Origin: Eledone cirrhosa
Taxonomy: Eukaryota
Direction: 5' to 3'
Length of the DNA stretch: 64,000 bases
Assembly: GCA_964016885.1 (NCBI GenBank)
Contig: OZ024760.1
Coordinates: forward strand, 3,348,001 to 3,412,000
Position numbers and translations under genes: made by a program. Numbering within the stretch: position 1 is the stretch's first letter; each line of letters begins with the position of its first letter. The notes under the pieces were generated by a model that saw only the letters and a list, made by a program, of their open reading frames with translations, was not told the origin of the DNA and ran no database searches. Positions 15,001-28,944 of this stretch are shown here, one piece after another.

Positions 15001-18000
15001 AGTGCTGATGGTGGTATTGGTATTGTTAGTACTGATGGTTGTATTGGTATTGTTAGTACTGACGTTGATATTGGTATTGTTAGTACTGATGGTGGTATTG
15101 GTATTCTTAGTACTGATGGTGGTATTGGTATTGTTAGTGCTGATGGTGGTATGGGTATTATTAGTACTGATAGTGGTATTGGTATTGTTAGTGCTGATGG
15201 TGGTATTGGTATTGTTAGTACTGATGGTGGTATTGGTATTGTTAGTACTGATGGTGGTATTGGTATTGTTAGTACTGATGGTGGTATTGGTATTGTTAGT
15301 ACTGATGGTGGTATTGGTATTGCTGATGGTGGTATTGGTATTGTTAGTACTGATGGTGGTATTGGTATTCTTAGTACTGATGGTGGTATTGGTATTATTA
15401 GTGCTGATGGTGGTATGGGTATTGTTAGTGCTGATGGTGGTATTGGTATTATTAGTACTGATGGTGGTATTGGTATTATTAGTGCTGATGGTGGTATTGG
15501 TATTGTTAGTGCTGATGGTGTTATTGGTATTGTTTGTACTGATGGTGGTATTGATATTGTTAGTGCTGATGGTGGTATTGGTATTGTTAGTACTGATGGT
15601 GGTATTGGTATTGTTAGTACTGGTGGTGGTATTGGTATTGTTAGTACTGATGGTGGTACTGGTATTGTTAGTGCTGATGGTGGTATTGGTATTGTTAGTA
15701 CTGATGGTGGTATTGCTATTGTTAGTGCTGATGGTGGTATTGGTACTGTTAGTACTGACGTCGATATTGGTATTGTTAGTGATGATGGTGGTATTGGTAT
15801 TGTTAGTACTGATGGTGGTATTGTATTGTTAGTACTGATGGTGGTATTGGTATTGTTAGTACTGATGGTGGTATTGGTATTCTTAGTACTGATGGTGGTA
15901 TTGGTATTGTTAGTACTGATGGTGGTATTGGTATTGTTAGTACCGATGGTGGTATTGGTATAGTTAGTACTGATGGTGGTATTGGTATTGTTAGTGCTGA
16001 TGGTGGTATTGGTATTGCTGATGGTGGTATTGGTATTGTTAGTACTGATGGTGGCATTTGTATTGTTAGTGCTGATGGTGGTATTGGTATTGTTAGTGCT
16101 GATGGTGGTATTCGTATTCTTAGTACTGATGGTGGTATTGGTATTGTTAGTGCTGATGGTGTTATTGGTATTGTTAGTACTGATGGTGTTATTTGTATTG
16201 TTATAACTGATGGTGGTATTGGTATTGTTGGTACTGGTGGTGGTATTGGTATTGTTAGTACTGATGGTGGTATTGATATTGTTAGTGCTGATGGTGGTAT
16301 TGGTATTGTTAGTACTGATGGTGGTATTGGTATTGTTAGTACTGGTGGTGGTATTGGTATTGTTATCACTGATGGTGGTATTGGTATTGTTAGTGCTGAT
16401 GGTGGTATTGGTATTGTTAGTACTGATGGTGGTATTGCTATTGTTAGTGCTGATTGTGGTATTGGTATTGTTAGTACTGACGTCGATATTGGTATTGTTA
16501 GTGATGATGGTGGTATTGGTATTTTTAGTACTGATGGTGGTATTGTATTGTTAGTACTGATGGTGGTATTGGTATTGTTAGTACTGATGATGGTATTGGT
16601 ATTGTTAGTGCTGATGATGGTATTGGTATTGTTAGTGCTGATGGTGGTATGGGTATTGTTAGTACTGATGGTGGTATTGGTATTGTTAGTACTGATGGTG
16701 GTATTGGTATTGTTAGTACTGATGGTGGTATTGGTATTGTTAGTACTGATGGTGGTATTGGTATTGTTAGTGATGATGGTGTTATTGGTATTGTTAGTAC
16801 TGATGGTTGTATTGGTATTGTTAGTACTGACGTTGATATTGGTATTGTTAGTACTGATGGTGGTATTGGTATTGTTAGTACTGATGGTGGTATTGGTATT
16901 GTTAGTGCTGATGGTGGTATGGGTATTGTTAGTACTGATGGTGGTATTGGTATTGTTAGTGCTGATGGTGGTATTGGTATTGTTAGTACTGATGGTGGTA
17001 TTGGTATTGTTAGTACTGATGGTGGTATTGGTATTGTTAGTACTGATGGTGGTATTGGTATTGTTAGTACTGATGGTGGTATTGGTATTGCTGATGGTGG
17101 TATTGGTATTGTTAGTACTGATGGTGGTATTGGTATTCTTAGTACTGATGGTGGTATTGGTATTATTAGTGCTGATGGTGGTATGGGTATTGTTAGTGCT
17201 GATGGTGGTATTGGTATTGTTAGTACTGGTTGTGGTATTGGTATTGTTAGTACTGATGGTGGTATTGGTATTGTTAATGCTGATGGTGCTATTGGTATTG
17301 TTAGTACTGATGGTGGTATTGGTATTGTTAGTACTGATGGTGGTATTGGTATTGTTAGTACTGATGGTGGTATTGGTATTGTTAGTACAGATGGTGGTAT
17401 TGGTATTGTTAGTGCTGATGGTGTTATTGGTATTGTTAGTACTGATGGTGGTATTGATATTGTTAGTGCTGATGGTGGTATTGGTATTGTTAGTACTGAT
17501 GGTGGTATTGGTATTGTTAGTACTGGTGGTGGTATTGGTATTGTTAGTACTGATGGTGGTATTGGTATTGTTAGTGCTGATGGTGGTATTGGTATTGTTA
17601 GTGCTGATGGTGGTATTGGTATTGTTAGTACTGACGTCGATATTGGTATTGTTAGTGATGATGGTGGTATTGGTATTGTTAGTACTGATGGTGGTATTGT
17701 ATTGTTAGTACTGATGGTGGTATTGGTATTGTTAGTACTGATGATGGTATTGGTATTGTTAGTGCTGATAGTGGTATTGGTATTGTTAGTACTGATGGTG
17801 ATATTGGTATTGTTAGTACTGATGATGGTATTGTTATTGTTAGAGCTGATGGTGGTATGGGTATTGTTAGTACTGATGGTGGTATTGGTATTGTTAGTAC
17901 TGATGGTGGTATTGGTATTGTTAGTACTGATGGTGGTATTGGTATTGTTAGTGCTGATGGTGGTATTGGTATTGTTAGTACTGATGGTGGTATTGGTATT

Positions 18001-21000
18001 GTTAGTACTGATGGTGGTATTGGTATTGTTAGTGGTGATGGTGGTATTGGTATTGTTAGTGCTGATGGTGGTATTGGTATTGTTAGTACTGATGGTGGTA
18101 TTGGTATTGTTAGTACTGATGGTTGTATTGGTACTGTTAGTACTGTTGGTGGTATTGGTATTGTTAGTGCTGATGGTGGTATTGGTATTGTTAGTGCTGA
18201 TAGTGGTATTGGTATTGTTAGTACTGATGGTGGTATCGTTATTGTTAGTGCTGATGGTGGTATTGGTATTGTTAGTGCTGATGGGGGTATTGGTATTGTT
18301 AGTACTGATGGTGGTATTGGTATTACTGATGCTGGTATTTGTATTGTTAGTACTGATGGTGGTATTGGTATTGTTAGTACTGATGGTGGTATTGGTATTG
18401 TTAGTACTGATGGTGGTATTGGTATTGTTAGTGCTGATGGTGGTATTGGTATTGTTAGTGCTGATGGTGGTATTGGTATTGTTAGTACTGATGGTGGTAT
18501 TGCTATTGTTAGTACTGATGGTGGCATTGGTATTGTTAGGCTGATGGTGGTATTGGTATTGTTAGTACTGATGGTGGCATTTGTATTGTTAGTGCTGATG
18601 GTGGTATTGGTATCGTTAGTGCTGATGGTGGTATTCGTATTCTTAGTACTGATGGTGGTATTGGTATCGTTAGTGCTGATGGTGTTATTGGTATTGTTAG
18701 TACTGATGGTGTTATTTGTATTGTTATAACTGATGGTGGTATTGGTATTGTTGGTACTGGTGGTGGTATTGGTATTGTTAGTACTGATGGCGGTATTGAT
18801 ATTGTTAGTGCTGATGGTGGTATTGGTATTGTTAGTACTGATGGTGGTATTGGTATTGTTAGTACTGGTGGTGGTATTGGTATTGTTAGTACTGATGGTG
18901 GTATTGGGATTGTTAGTGCTGATGGTGGTATTGGTATTGTTAGTACTGATGGTGGTATTGCTATTGTTAGTGCTGATGGTAGTATTGGTATTGTTAGTAC
19001 TGACGTCGATATTGGTATTGTTAGTGATGATGGTGGTATTGGTATTGTTAGTACTGATGGTGGTATTGTATTGTTAGTACTGATGGTGGTATTGGTATTG
19101 TTAGTACTGATGATGGTATTGGTATTGTTAGTGCTGATGGTGGTATTGGTATTGTTAGTACTGATGGTGATATTGGTATTGTTAGTACTGATGATGGTAT
19201 TGGTATTGTTAGTGCTGATGGTGGTATTGGTATTGTTAGTGATGATGGTGTTATTGGTATTGTTAGTACTGATGGTTGTATTGGTATTGTTAGTACTGAC
19301 GTTGATATTGGTATTGTTAGTACTGATGGTGGTATTGGTATTCTTAGTACTGATGGTGGTATTGGTATTGTTAGTGCTGATGGTGGTATGGGTATTGTTA
19401 GTACTGATGGTGGTATTGGTATTGTTAGTGCTGATGGTGGTATTGGTATTGTTAGTACTGATGGTGGTATTGGTATTGTTAGTACTGATGGTGGTATTGG
19501 TATTGTTAGTACTGATGGTGGTATTGGTATTGTTAGTACTGATGGTGGTATTGGTATTGCTGATGGTGGTATTGGTATTGTTAGTACTGATGGTGGTATT
19601 GGTATTCTTAGTACTGATGGTGGTATTGGTATTATTAGTGCTGATGGTGGTATGGGTATTGTTAGTGCTGATGGTGGTATTGGTATTATTAGTACTGATG
19701 GTGGTATTGGTATTATTAGTGCTGATGGTGGTATTGGTATTGTTAGTGCTGATGGTGTTATTGGTATTGTTTGTACTGATGGTGGTATTGATATTGTTAG
19801 TGCTGATGGTGGTATTGTATTGTTAGTACTGATGGTGGTATTGGTATTGTTAGTACTGATGATGGTATTGGTATTGTTAGTGCTGATGGTGGTATTGGTA
19901 TTGTTAGTACTGATGGTGATATTGCTATTGTTAGTACTGATGATGGTATTGTTATTGTTAGTGCTGATGGTGGTATGGGTATTGTTAGTACTGATGGTGG
20001 TATTGGTATTGTTAGTACTGATGGTGGTATTGGTATTGTTAGTACTGATGGTGGTATTGGTATTGTTAGTGCTGATGGTGGTATTGGTATTGTTAGTACT
20101 GATGGTGGTATTGGTATTGTTAGTACTGATGGTGGTATTGGTATTGTTAGTGGTGAAGGTGGTATTGGTATTGTTAGTGCTGATGGTGGTATTGGTATTG
20201 TTAGTACTGATGGTGGTATTAGTATTGTTAGTACTGATGGTTGTATTGGTACTGTTAGTACTGTTGGTGGTATTGGTATTGTTAGTGCTGATGGTGGTAT
20301 TGGTATTGTTAGTGCTGATAGTGGTATTGGTATTGTTAGTACTGATGGTGGTATCGTTATTGTTAGTGCTGATGGTGGTATTGGTATTGTTAGTGCTGAT
20401 GGGGGTATTGGTATTGTTAGTACTGATGGTGGTATTGGTATTACTGATGCTGGTATTTGTATTGTTAGTACTGATGGTGGTATTGGTATTGTTAGTACTG
20501 ATGGTGGTATTGGTATTGTTAGTACTGATGGTGGTATTGGTATTGTTAGTGCTGATGGTGGTATTGGTATTGTTAGTGCTGATGGTGGTATTGGTATTGT
20601 TAGTGCTGATGGTGGTATTGGTATTGTTAGTACTGATGGTGGTATTGGTATTGTTAGTACTGATGGTGGCATTGGTATTGTTAGGCTGATGGTGGTATTG
20701 GTATTGTTAGTGCTGATGGTCGTATTGGTATTGCTGATGGTGGTATCGGTATTGTTAGTACTGATGGTGGTATTGGTATTGTTAGTGCTGATGGTGGTAT
20801 TGGTATTGTTAGTACTGATGGTGGTATTGGTATTGTTAGTACTGATGGTGGTATTGGTATTGTTAGTACTAATGGTGGTATTGGTATTGTTAGTACTGAT
20901 GGTGGTATTGGTATTGTTAGTGCTGATGGTGGTATGGGTATTGTTAGTACTGATGGTGGTATTGGTATTGTTAGTACTGATGGTGGTATTGGTATTGTTA

Positions 21001-24000
21001 GTACTGATGGTGGTATTGGTATTGTTAGTACTGATGGTGGTATTGGTATTGTTAGTGCTGTTGGTGGTATTGTTATGGTTAGTGCTGATTGTGGTATTCG
21101 TATTGTTAGTATTGATGGTGGTATTGGTATTGTTAGTGGTGATGGTGGTATTGGTATTGTTAGTGCTGATGGTGGTATTGGTATTACTGATGCTGGTATT
21201 GGTATTGTTAGTACTGATGTGGTATTTGTATTGTTAGTACTGATGGTGGTATTGGTATTGTTAGTACTGATGGTGGTGTTGGTATTATTGGTGCTGATGG
21301 TGGTATTGGTATTGTTAGTACTGATGGTGGTATTGGTATTGTTAGTACTGATGGTGGTATTGGTATTGTTAGTGCTGATGGTGGTATTGGTATTGTTAGT
21401 GTTGATGGTGGTATTGGTATTGTTAGTACTGATGATGGTATTGTTATTGTTAGTACTGATGATGGTATTGTTATTGTTAGTGCTGATTGTGGTATTGGTA
21501 TTGTTAGTATTGATGGTGGTATTGGTATTGTTAGTGCTGATGGTGGTATTGGTATTGTTAGTGCTGATGGTGGTCTTGGTATTACTGATGCTGGTATTGG
21601 TATTGTTAGTACTGATGGTGGTATTTGTATTGTTAGTACTGATGGTGGTATTGGTATTGTTAGTACTGATGGTGGTATTGGTATTGTTAGCACTGATGGT
21701 GGTGTTGGTATTATTGGTGCTGATGGTGGTATTGGTATTGTTAGTGCTGATGGTGATATTGGTATTGTTAGTACTGATGGTGGTATTGGTATTGTTAGTA
21801 CTGATGGTGGTATTGGTATTGTTAGTGCTGATGGCGGTTTTGGTATTGTTAGTGGTGATGGTGGTATTGGTATTGTTAGTGCTGATGGTGGTATTGGTAT
21901 TGTTAGTGGTGATGGTGGTATTGGTATTGTTAGTACTGATGGTGGTATTGGTATTGTTAGTGCTGATGGTGTTATTCGTATTGTTAGTACTGATGGTGGT
22001 ATTGTTATTGTTAGTGCTGATGGTGGTATTGGTATTGTTAGTACTGATGGTGGTATTGGTATTGTTAGTACTGATGGTTGTATTGGTACTGTTAGTACTG
22101 TTGGTGGTATTGGTATTGTTAGTGCTGATGGTGGTATTGGTATTGTTAGTACTGATGGTGGCATTGGTATTGTTAGGCTGATGGTGGTATTGGTATTGTT
22201 AGTGCTGATGGTCGTATTGGTATTGCTGATGGTGGTATTGGTATTGTTAGTATTGATGGTGGTATTGGTATTGTTAGTACTGATGGTGGTATTGGTATTG
22301 TTAGTACTGATGGTGGTATTGGTATTGTTAGTGCTGATGGTGGTATTGGTATTGTTAGTACTGATGGTGGTATTGGTATTGTTAGTACTGATGGTGGTAT
22401 TGGTATTGTTAGTACTGATGGTGGTATTGATATCGTTAGTACTGATGATGGTATTATTATTGTTAGTGCTGATTGTGGTATTGGTATTGTTAGTACTGCT
22501 GGTGGTATTGGTATTCTTAGTACTGATGGTGGTATTGGTATTGTTAGTGCTGATGGTGGTATTCGTATTCTTAGTACTGATGATGGTATTGGTATTGTTA
22601 GTGCTGATGGTGTTATTGGTATTGTTAGTACTGATGGTGGTATTTGTATTGTTATAACTGATGGTGTTATTGGTATTGTTGGTACTGATGGTGGTATTGG
22701 TATTGTTAGTGCTGATGGTGGTTTTGGTGTTGTTAGTGGTGATGGTGGTATTGGTATTGTTATTGCTGATGGTGGTATTGGTATTGTTAGTGGTGATGGT
22801 GGTATTGGTATTATTAGTGGTGATGGTGGTATTGGTATTGTTAGTACTGATGGTGGTATTGGTATTGTTAGTGCTGATGGTGGTATTGGTATTGTTAGTA
22901 CTGATGGTGGTATTGTTATTGTTAGTGCTGATGGTGGTATTGGTATTGTTAGTGCTGATGGGGGTATTCGTATTGTTAGTACTGATGGTGGTATTGGTAT
23001 TGTTAGTACTGATGCTGGTATTTGTATTGTTAGTACTGATGGTGGTATTGGTATTGTTAGTGCTGATGGTGGTATTGGTATTGTTAGTGCTGATGGTGGT
23101 ATTGGTATTGTTAGTACTGATGGTGGTATTGGTATTGTTAGTGCTGATGGTTGTATTGGTACTGTTAGTACTGTTGGTGGTATTGGTATTGTTAGTGCTG
23201 ATGGTGGTATTGGTATTGTTAGTACTGATGGTGGCATTGGTATTGTTAGTGCTGATGGTGGTATTGGTATTGTTAGTGCTGATGGTCGTATTGGTATTGC
23301 TGATGGTGGTATTGGTATTGTTAGTATTGATGGTGGTATTGGTATTGTTAGTACTGATGGTGGTATTGGTATTGTTAGTGCTGATGGTGGTATTGGTATT
23401 GTTAGTACTGATGGTGGTATTGGTATTGTTAGTACTGATGGTGGTATTGGTATTGTTAGTACTGATGGTGGTATTGATATCGTTAGTACTGATGATGGTA
23501 TTGTTATTGTTAGTGCTGATTGTGGTATTGGTATTGTTAGTACTGATGGTGGTATTGGTATTCTTAGTACTGATGGTGGTATTGGTATTGTTAGTGCTGT
23601 TGGTGGTATTGGTATTGTTAGTACTGATGGTGGTATTGGTATTTCTAGTGCTGATGGTGGTATTCGTATTCTTAGTACTGATGATGGTATTGGTATTGTT
23701 AGTGCTGTTGGTGGTATTGGTATTGTTAGTGCTGATGGTGGTATTCGTATTCTTAGTACTGATGGTGGTATTGGTATTGTTAGTGCTGTTGGTGGTATTG
23801 GTATTTCTAGTGCTGATGGTGGTATTCGTATTCTTAGTACTGATGGTGGTATTGGTATTGTTAGTACTGATGGTGGTATTGTTAGTACTGATGGTATTGT
23901 TGGTATTGTTAGTGCTGATGGTGGTATTGGTATTGTTAGTGCTGATGGTGGTATTGGTATTGTTAGTGCTGATGGTGGTATTGTTAGTTCTGATGGTATT

Positions 24001-27000
24001 GTTGGTATTGTTAGTGCTGATGGTGGTATTGGTATTGTTAGTGCTGATGGTGGTATTGTTAGTACTGATGGTATTATTGGTATTGTTAGTGCTGATGGTG
24101 GTATTGTTAGTACTGATGGTATCATTGGTATTGTTAGTGCTGATGGTGGTATTGGTATTGTTAGTGCTGATGGTGGTATTGTTAGTACTGATGGTATTGT
24201 TGGTATTGTTAGTGCTGATTGTGGTATTGTTATTGTTAGTACTGATGGTGGTATTGTTAGTACTGATGGTATTATTGGTATTGTTAGTGCTGATGGTGGT
24301 ATTGGTATTGTTAGTACTGATGGTATTATTGGTATTGTTAGTGCTGATGGTGGTATTGGTATTGTTAGTGCTGATGGTGGTATTGGTATTGTTAGTGCTG
24401 ATGGTGGTATTGTTAGTACTGATGGTATTGTTGGTATTGTTAGTGCTGATTGTGGTATTGTTATTGTTAGTACTGATGGTGGTATTGGTATTGTTAGTAC
24501 TGATGGTGGTATTGTTAGTACTGATGGTATTATTGGTATTGTTAGTGCTGATGGTGGTATTGTTAGTGCTGATGGTATTTTTGGTATTGTTAGTACTGAT
24601 GGTGGTATTGGTATTGTTAGTACTGATGGTGGTATTGTTAGTACTGATGGTGGTATTGGTATTGTTAGTACTGATGGTGGTATTGTTAGTACTGATGGTA
24701 TTATTGGTATTGTTAGTGCTGATGGTGGTATTGTTAGTGCTGATGGTATTTTTGGTATTGTTAGTGCTGATGGTGGTATTGGTATTGTTAGTGCTGATGG
24801 TGGTATCGTTAGTACTGATGGTATTATTGGTATTGTTAGTGCTGGTGGTGGTATTGTTAGTGCTGATGGTGGTATTGTTAGTACTGATGGTATTATTGGT
24901 ATTGTTAGTACTGATGGTATTATTGGTATTGTTAGTACTGATGGTGGTATTGGTATTGTTAGTACTGATGGTGGTATTGGTATTGTTAGTACTGATGGTG
25001 GTATTGGTATTGTTAGTGCTGATGGTGGTATTGGTATTGTTAGTGTTGATGGTGGTATTGGTATTGTTAGTACTGATGATGGTATTGTTATTGTTAGTAC
25101 TGATGATGGTATTGTTATTGTTAGTGCTGATTGTGGTATTGGTATTGTTAGTATTGATGGTGGTATTGGTATTGTTAGTGCTGATGGTGGTATTGGTATT
25201 GTTAGTGCTGATGGTGGTCTTGGTATTACTGATGCTGGTATTGGTATTGTTAGTACTGATGGTGGTATTTGTATTGTTAGTACTGATGGTGGTATTGGTA
25301 TTGTTAGTACTGATGGTGGTATTGGTATTGTTAGCACTGATGGTGGTGTTGGTATTATTGGTGCTGATGGTGGTATTGGTATTGTTAGTGCTGATGGTGA
25401 TATTGGTATTGTTAGTACTGATGGTGGTATTGGTATTGTTAGTACTGATGGTGGTATTGGTATTGTTAGTGCTGATGGCGGTTTTGGTATTGTTAGTGGT
25501 GATGGTGGTATTGGTATTGTTAGTGCTGATGGTGGTATTGGTATTGTTAGTGGTGATGGTGGTATTGGTATTGTTAGTACTGATGGTGGTATTGGTATTG
25601 TTAGTGCTGATGGTGTTATTCGTATTGTTAGTACTGATGGTGGTATTGTTATTGTTAGTGCTGATGGTGGTATTGGTATTGTTAGTACTGATGGTGGTAT
25701 TGGTATTGTTAGTACTGATGGTTGTATTGGTACTGTTAGTACTGTTGGTGGTATTGGTATTGTTAGTGCTGATGGTGGTATTGGTATTGTTAGTACTGAT
25801 GGTGGCATTGGTATTGTTAGGCTGATGGTGGTATTGGTATTGTTAGTGCTGATGGTCGTATTGGTATTGCTGATGGTGGTATTGGTATTGTTAGTATTGA
25901 TGGTGGTATTGGTATTGTTAGTACTGATGGTGGTATTGGTATTGTTAGTACTGATGGTGGTATTGGTATTGTTAGTGCTGATGGTGGTATTGGTATTGTT
26001 AGTACTGATGGTGGTATTGGTATTGTTAGTACTGATGGTGGTATTGGTATTGTTAGTACTGATGGTGGTATTGATATCGTTAGTACTGATGATGGTATTA
26101 TTATTGTTAGTGCTGATTGTGGTATTGGTATTGTTAGTACTGCTGGTGGTATTGGTATTCTTAGTACTGATGGTGGTATTGGTATTGTTAGTGCTGATGG
26201 TGGTATTCGTATTCTTAGTACTGATGATGGTATTGGTATTGTTAGTGCTGATGGTGTTATTGGTATTGTTAGTACTGATGGTGGTATTTGTATTGTTATA
26301 ACTGATGGTGTTATTGGTATTGTTGGTACTGATGGTGGTATTGGTATTGTTAGTGCTGATGGTGGTTTTGGTGTTGTTAGTGGTGATGGTGGTATTGGTA
26401 TTGTTATTGCTGATGGTGGTATTGGTATTGTTAGTGGTGATGGTGGTATTGGTATTATTAGTGGTGATGGTGGTATTGGTATTGTTAGTACTGATGGTGG
26501 TATTGGTATTGTTAGTGCTGATGGTGGTATTGGTATTGTTAGTACTGATGGTGGTATTGTTATTGTTAGTGCTGATGGTGGTATTGGTATTGTTAGTGCT
26601 GATGGGGGTATTCGTATTGTTAGTACTGATGGTGGTATTGGTATTGTTAGTACTGATGCTGGTATTTGTATTGTTAGTACTGATGGTGGTATTGGTATTG
26701 TTAGTGCTGATGGTGGTATTGGTATTGTTAGTGCTGATGGTGGTATTGGTATTGTTAGTACTGATGGTGGTATTGGTATTGTTAGTGCTGATGGTTGTAT
26801 TGGTACTGTTAGTACTGTTGGTGGTATTGGTATTGTTAGTGCTGATGGTGGTATTGGTATTGTTAGTACTGATGGTGGCATTGGTATTGTTAGTGCTGAT
26901 GGTGGTATTGGTATTGTTAGTGCTGATGGTCGTATTGGTATTGCTGATGGTGGTATTGGTATTGTTAGTATTGATGGTGGTATTGGTATTGTTAGTACTG

Positions 27001-28845
27001 ATGGTGGTATTGGTATTGTTAGTGCTGATGGTGGTATTGGTATTGTTAGTACTGATGGTGGTATTGGTATTGTTAGTACTGATGGTGGTATTGGTATTGT
27101 TAGTACTGATGGTGGTATTGATATCGTTAGTACTGATGATGGTATTGTTATTGTTAGTGCTGATTGTGGTATTGGTATTGTTAGTACTGATGGTGGTATT
27201 GGTATTCTTAGTACTGATGGTGGTATTGGTATTGTTAGTGCTGTTGGTGGTATTGGTATTGTTAGTACTGATGGTGGTATTGGTATTTCTAGTGCTGATG
27301 GTGGTATTCGTATTCTTAGTACTGATGATGGTATTGGTATTGTTAGTGCTGTTGGTGGTATTGGTATTGTTAGTGCTGATGGTGGTATTCGTATTCTTAG
27401 TACTGATGGTGGTATTGGTATTGTTAGTGCTGTTGGTGGTATTGGTATTTCTAGTGCTGATGGTGGTATTCGTATTCTTAGTACTGATGGTGGTATTGGT
27501 ATTGTTAGTACTGATGGTGGTATTGTTAGTACTGATGGTATTGTTGGTATTGTTAGTGCTGATGGTGGTATTGGTATTGTTAGTGCTGATGGTGGTATTG
27601 GTATTGTTAGTGCTGATGGTGGTATTGTTAGTTCTGATGGTATTGTTGGTATTGTTAGTGCTGATGGTGGTATTGGTATTGTTAGTGCTGATGGTGGTAT
27701 TGTTAGTACTGATGGTATTATTGGTATTGTTAGTGCTGATGGTGGTATTGTTAGTACTGATGGTATCATTGGTATTGTTAGTGCTGATGGTGGTATTGGT
27801 ATTGTTAGTGCTGATGGTGGTATTGTTAGTACTGATGGTATTGTTGGTATTGTTAGTGCTGATTGTGGTATTGTTATTGTTAGTACTGATGGTGGTATTG
27901 TTAGTACTGATGGTATTATTGGTATTGTTAGTGCTGATGGTGGTATTGGTATTGTTAGTACTGATGGTATTATTGGTATTGTTAGTGCTGATGGTGGTAT
28001 TGGTATTGTTAGTGCTGATGGTGGTATTGGTATTGTTAGTGCTGATGGTGGTATTGTTAGTACTGATGGTATTGTTGGTATTGTTAGTGCTGATTGTGGT
28101 ATTGTTATTGTTAGTACTGATGGTGGTATTGGTATTGTTAGTACTGATGGTGGTATTGTTAGTACTGATGGTATTATTGGTATTGTTAGTGCTGATGGTG
28201 GTATTGTTAGTGCTGATGGTATTTTTGGTATTGTTAGTACTGATGGTGGTATTGGTATTGTTAGTACTGATGGTGGTATTGTTAGTACTGATGGTGGTAT
28301 TGGTATTGTTAGTACTGATGGTGGTATTGTTAGTACTGATGGTATTATTGGTATTGTTAGTGCTGATGGTGGTATTGTTAGTGCTGATGGTATTTTTGGT
28401 ATTGTTAGTGCTGATGGTGGTATTGGTATTGTTAGTGCTGATGGTGGTATCGTTAGTACTGATGGTATTATTGGTATTGTTAGTGCTGGTGGTGGTATTG
28501 TTAGTGCTGATGGTGGTATTGTTAGTACTGATGGTGGTATTGTTAGTACTGATGGTATTATTGGTATTGTTAGTGCTGATGGTGGTATTGTTAGTGCTGA
28601 TGGTATTTTTGGTATTGTTAGTGCTGATGGTGGTATTGGTATTGTTAGTGCTGATGGTGGTATCGTTAGTACTGATGGTATTATTGGTATTGTTAGTGCT
28701 GGTGGTGGTATTGTTAGTGCTGATGGTGGTATTGTTAGTACTGATGGTATTATTGGTATTGTTAGTACTGATGGTATTATTGGTATTGTTAGTACTGATG
28801 GTGGTATTGGTATTGTTAGTACTGATGGTGGTATTGGTATTGTTG
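1..28845. repeat. 27-bp satellite array, consensus GGTGGTATTGGTATTGTTAGTACTGAT (roughly 1070 units by length; runs off the left edge)
   Basis: The unit is directly readable throughout. Main variants are AGTACT/AGTGCT, and 21-bp units appear distally. The array ends abruptly at ...tattgttgctgtaagaac. Confidence 0.98.
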
Positions 28846-28944
28846 CTGTAAGAACTTAGATTGTTTCTCCCAGTGGAAATGGTTGCAATGGGCTTCTACT
28901 AACTTAATCAAAGTGTTTGTGATTTTTTCATTGATGTATTTTGT

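Noticed and set aside
1-28845. Telomere-derived repeat (TTAG in the unit, G-rich strand)
   Set aside because: No TTAGGG runs; the resemblance is limited to four or five bases.
6-28851. Very long ORFs (poly-VLM, GGIGIVSTD and IPPSVLT repeats)
   Set aside because: They follow from a 27-bp unit lacking stops in several frames. Frameshifting variants are propagated in the duplications, and there is no unique domain or splice context.
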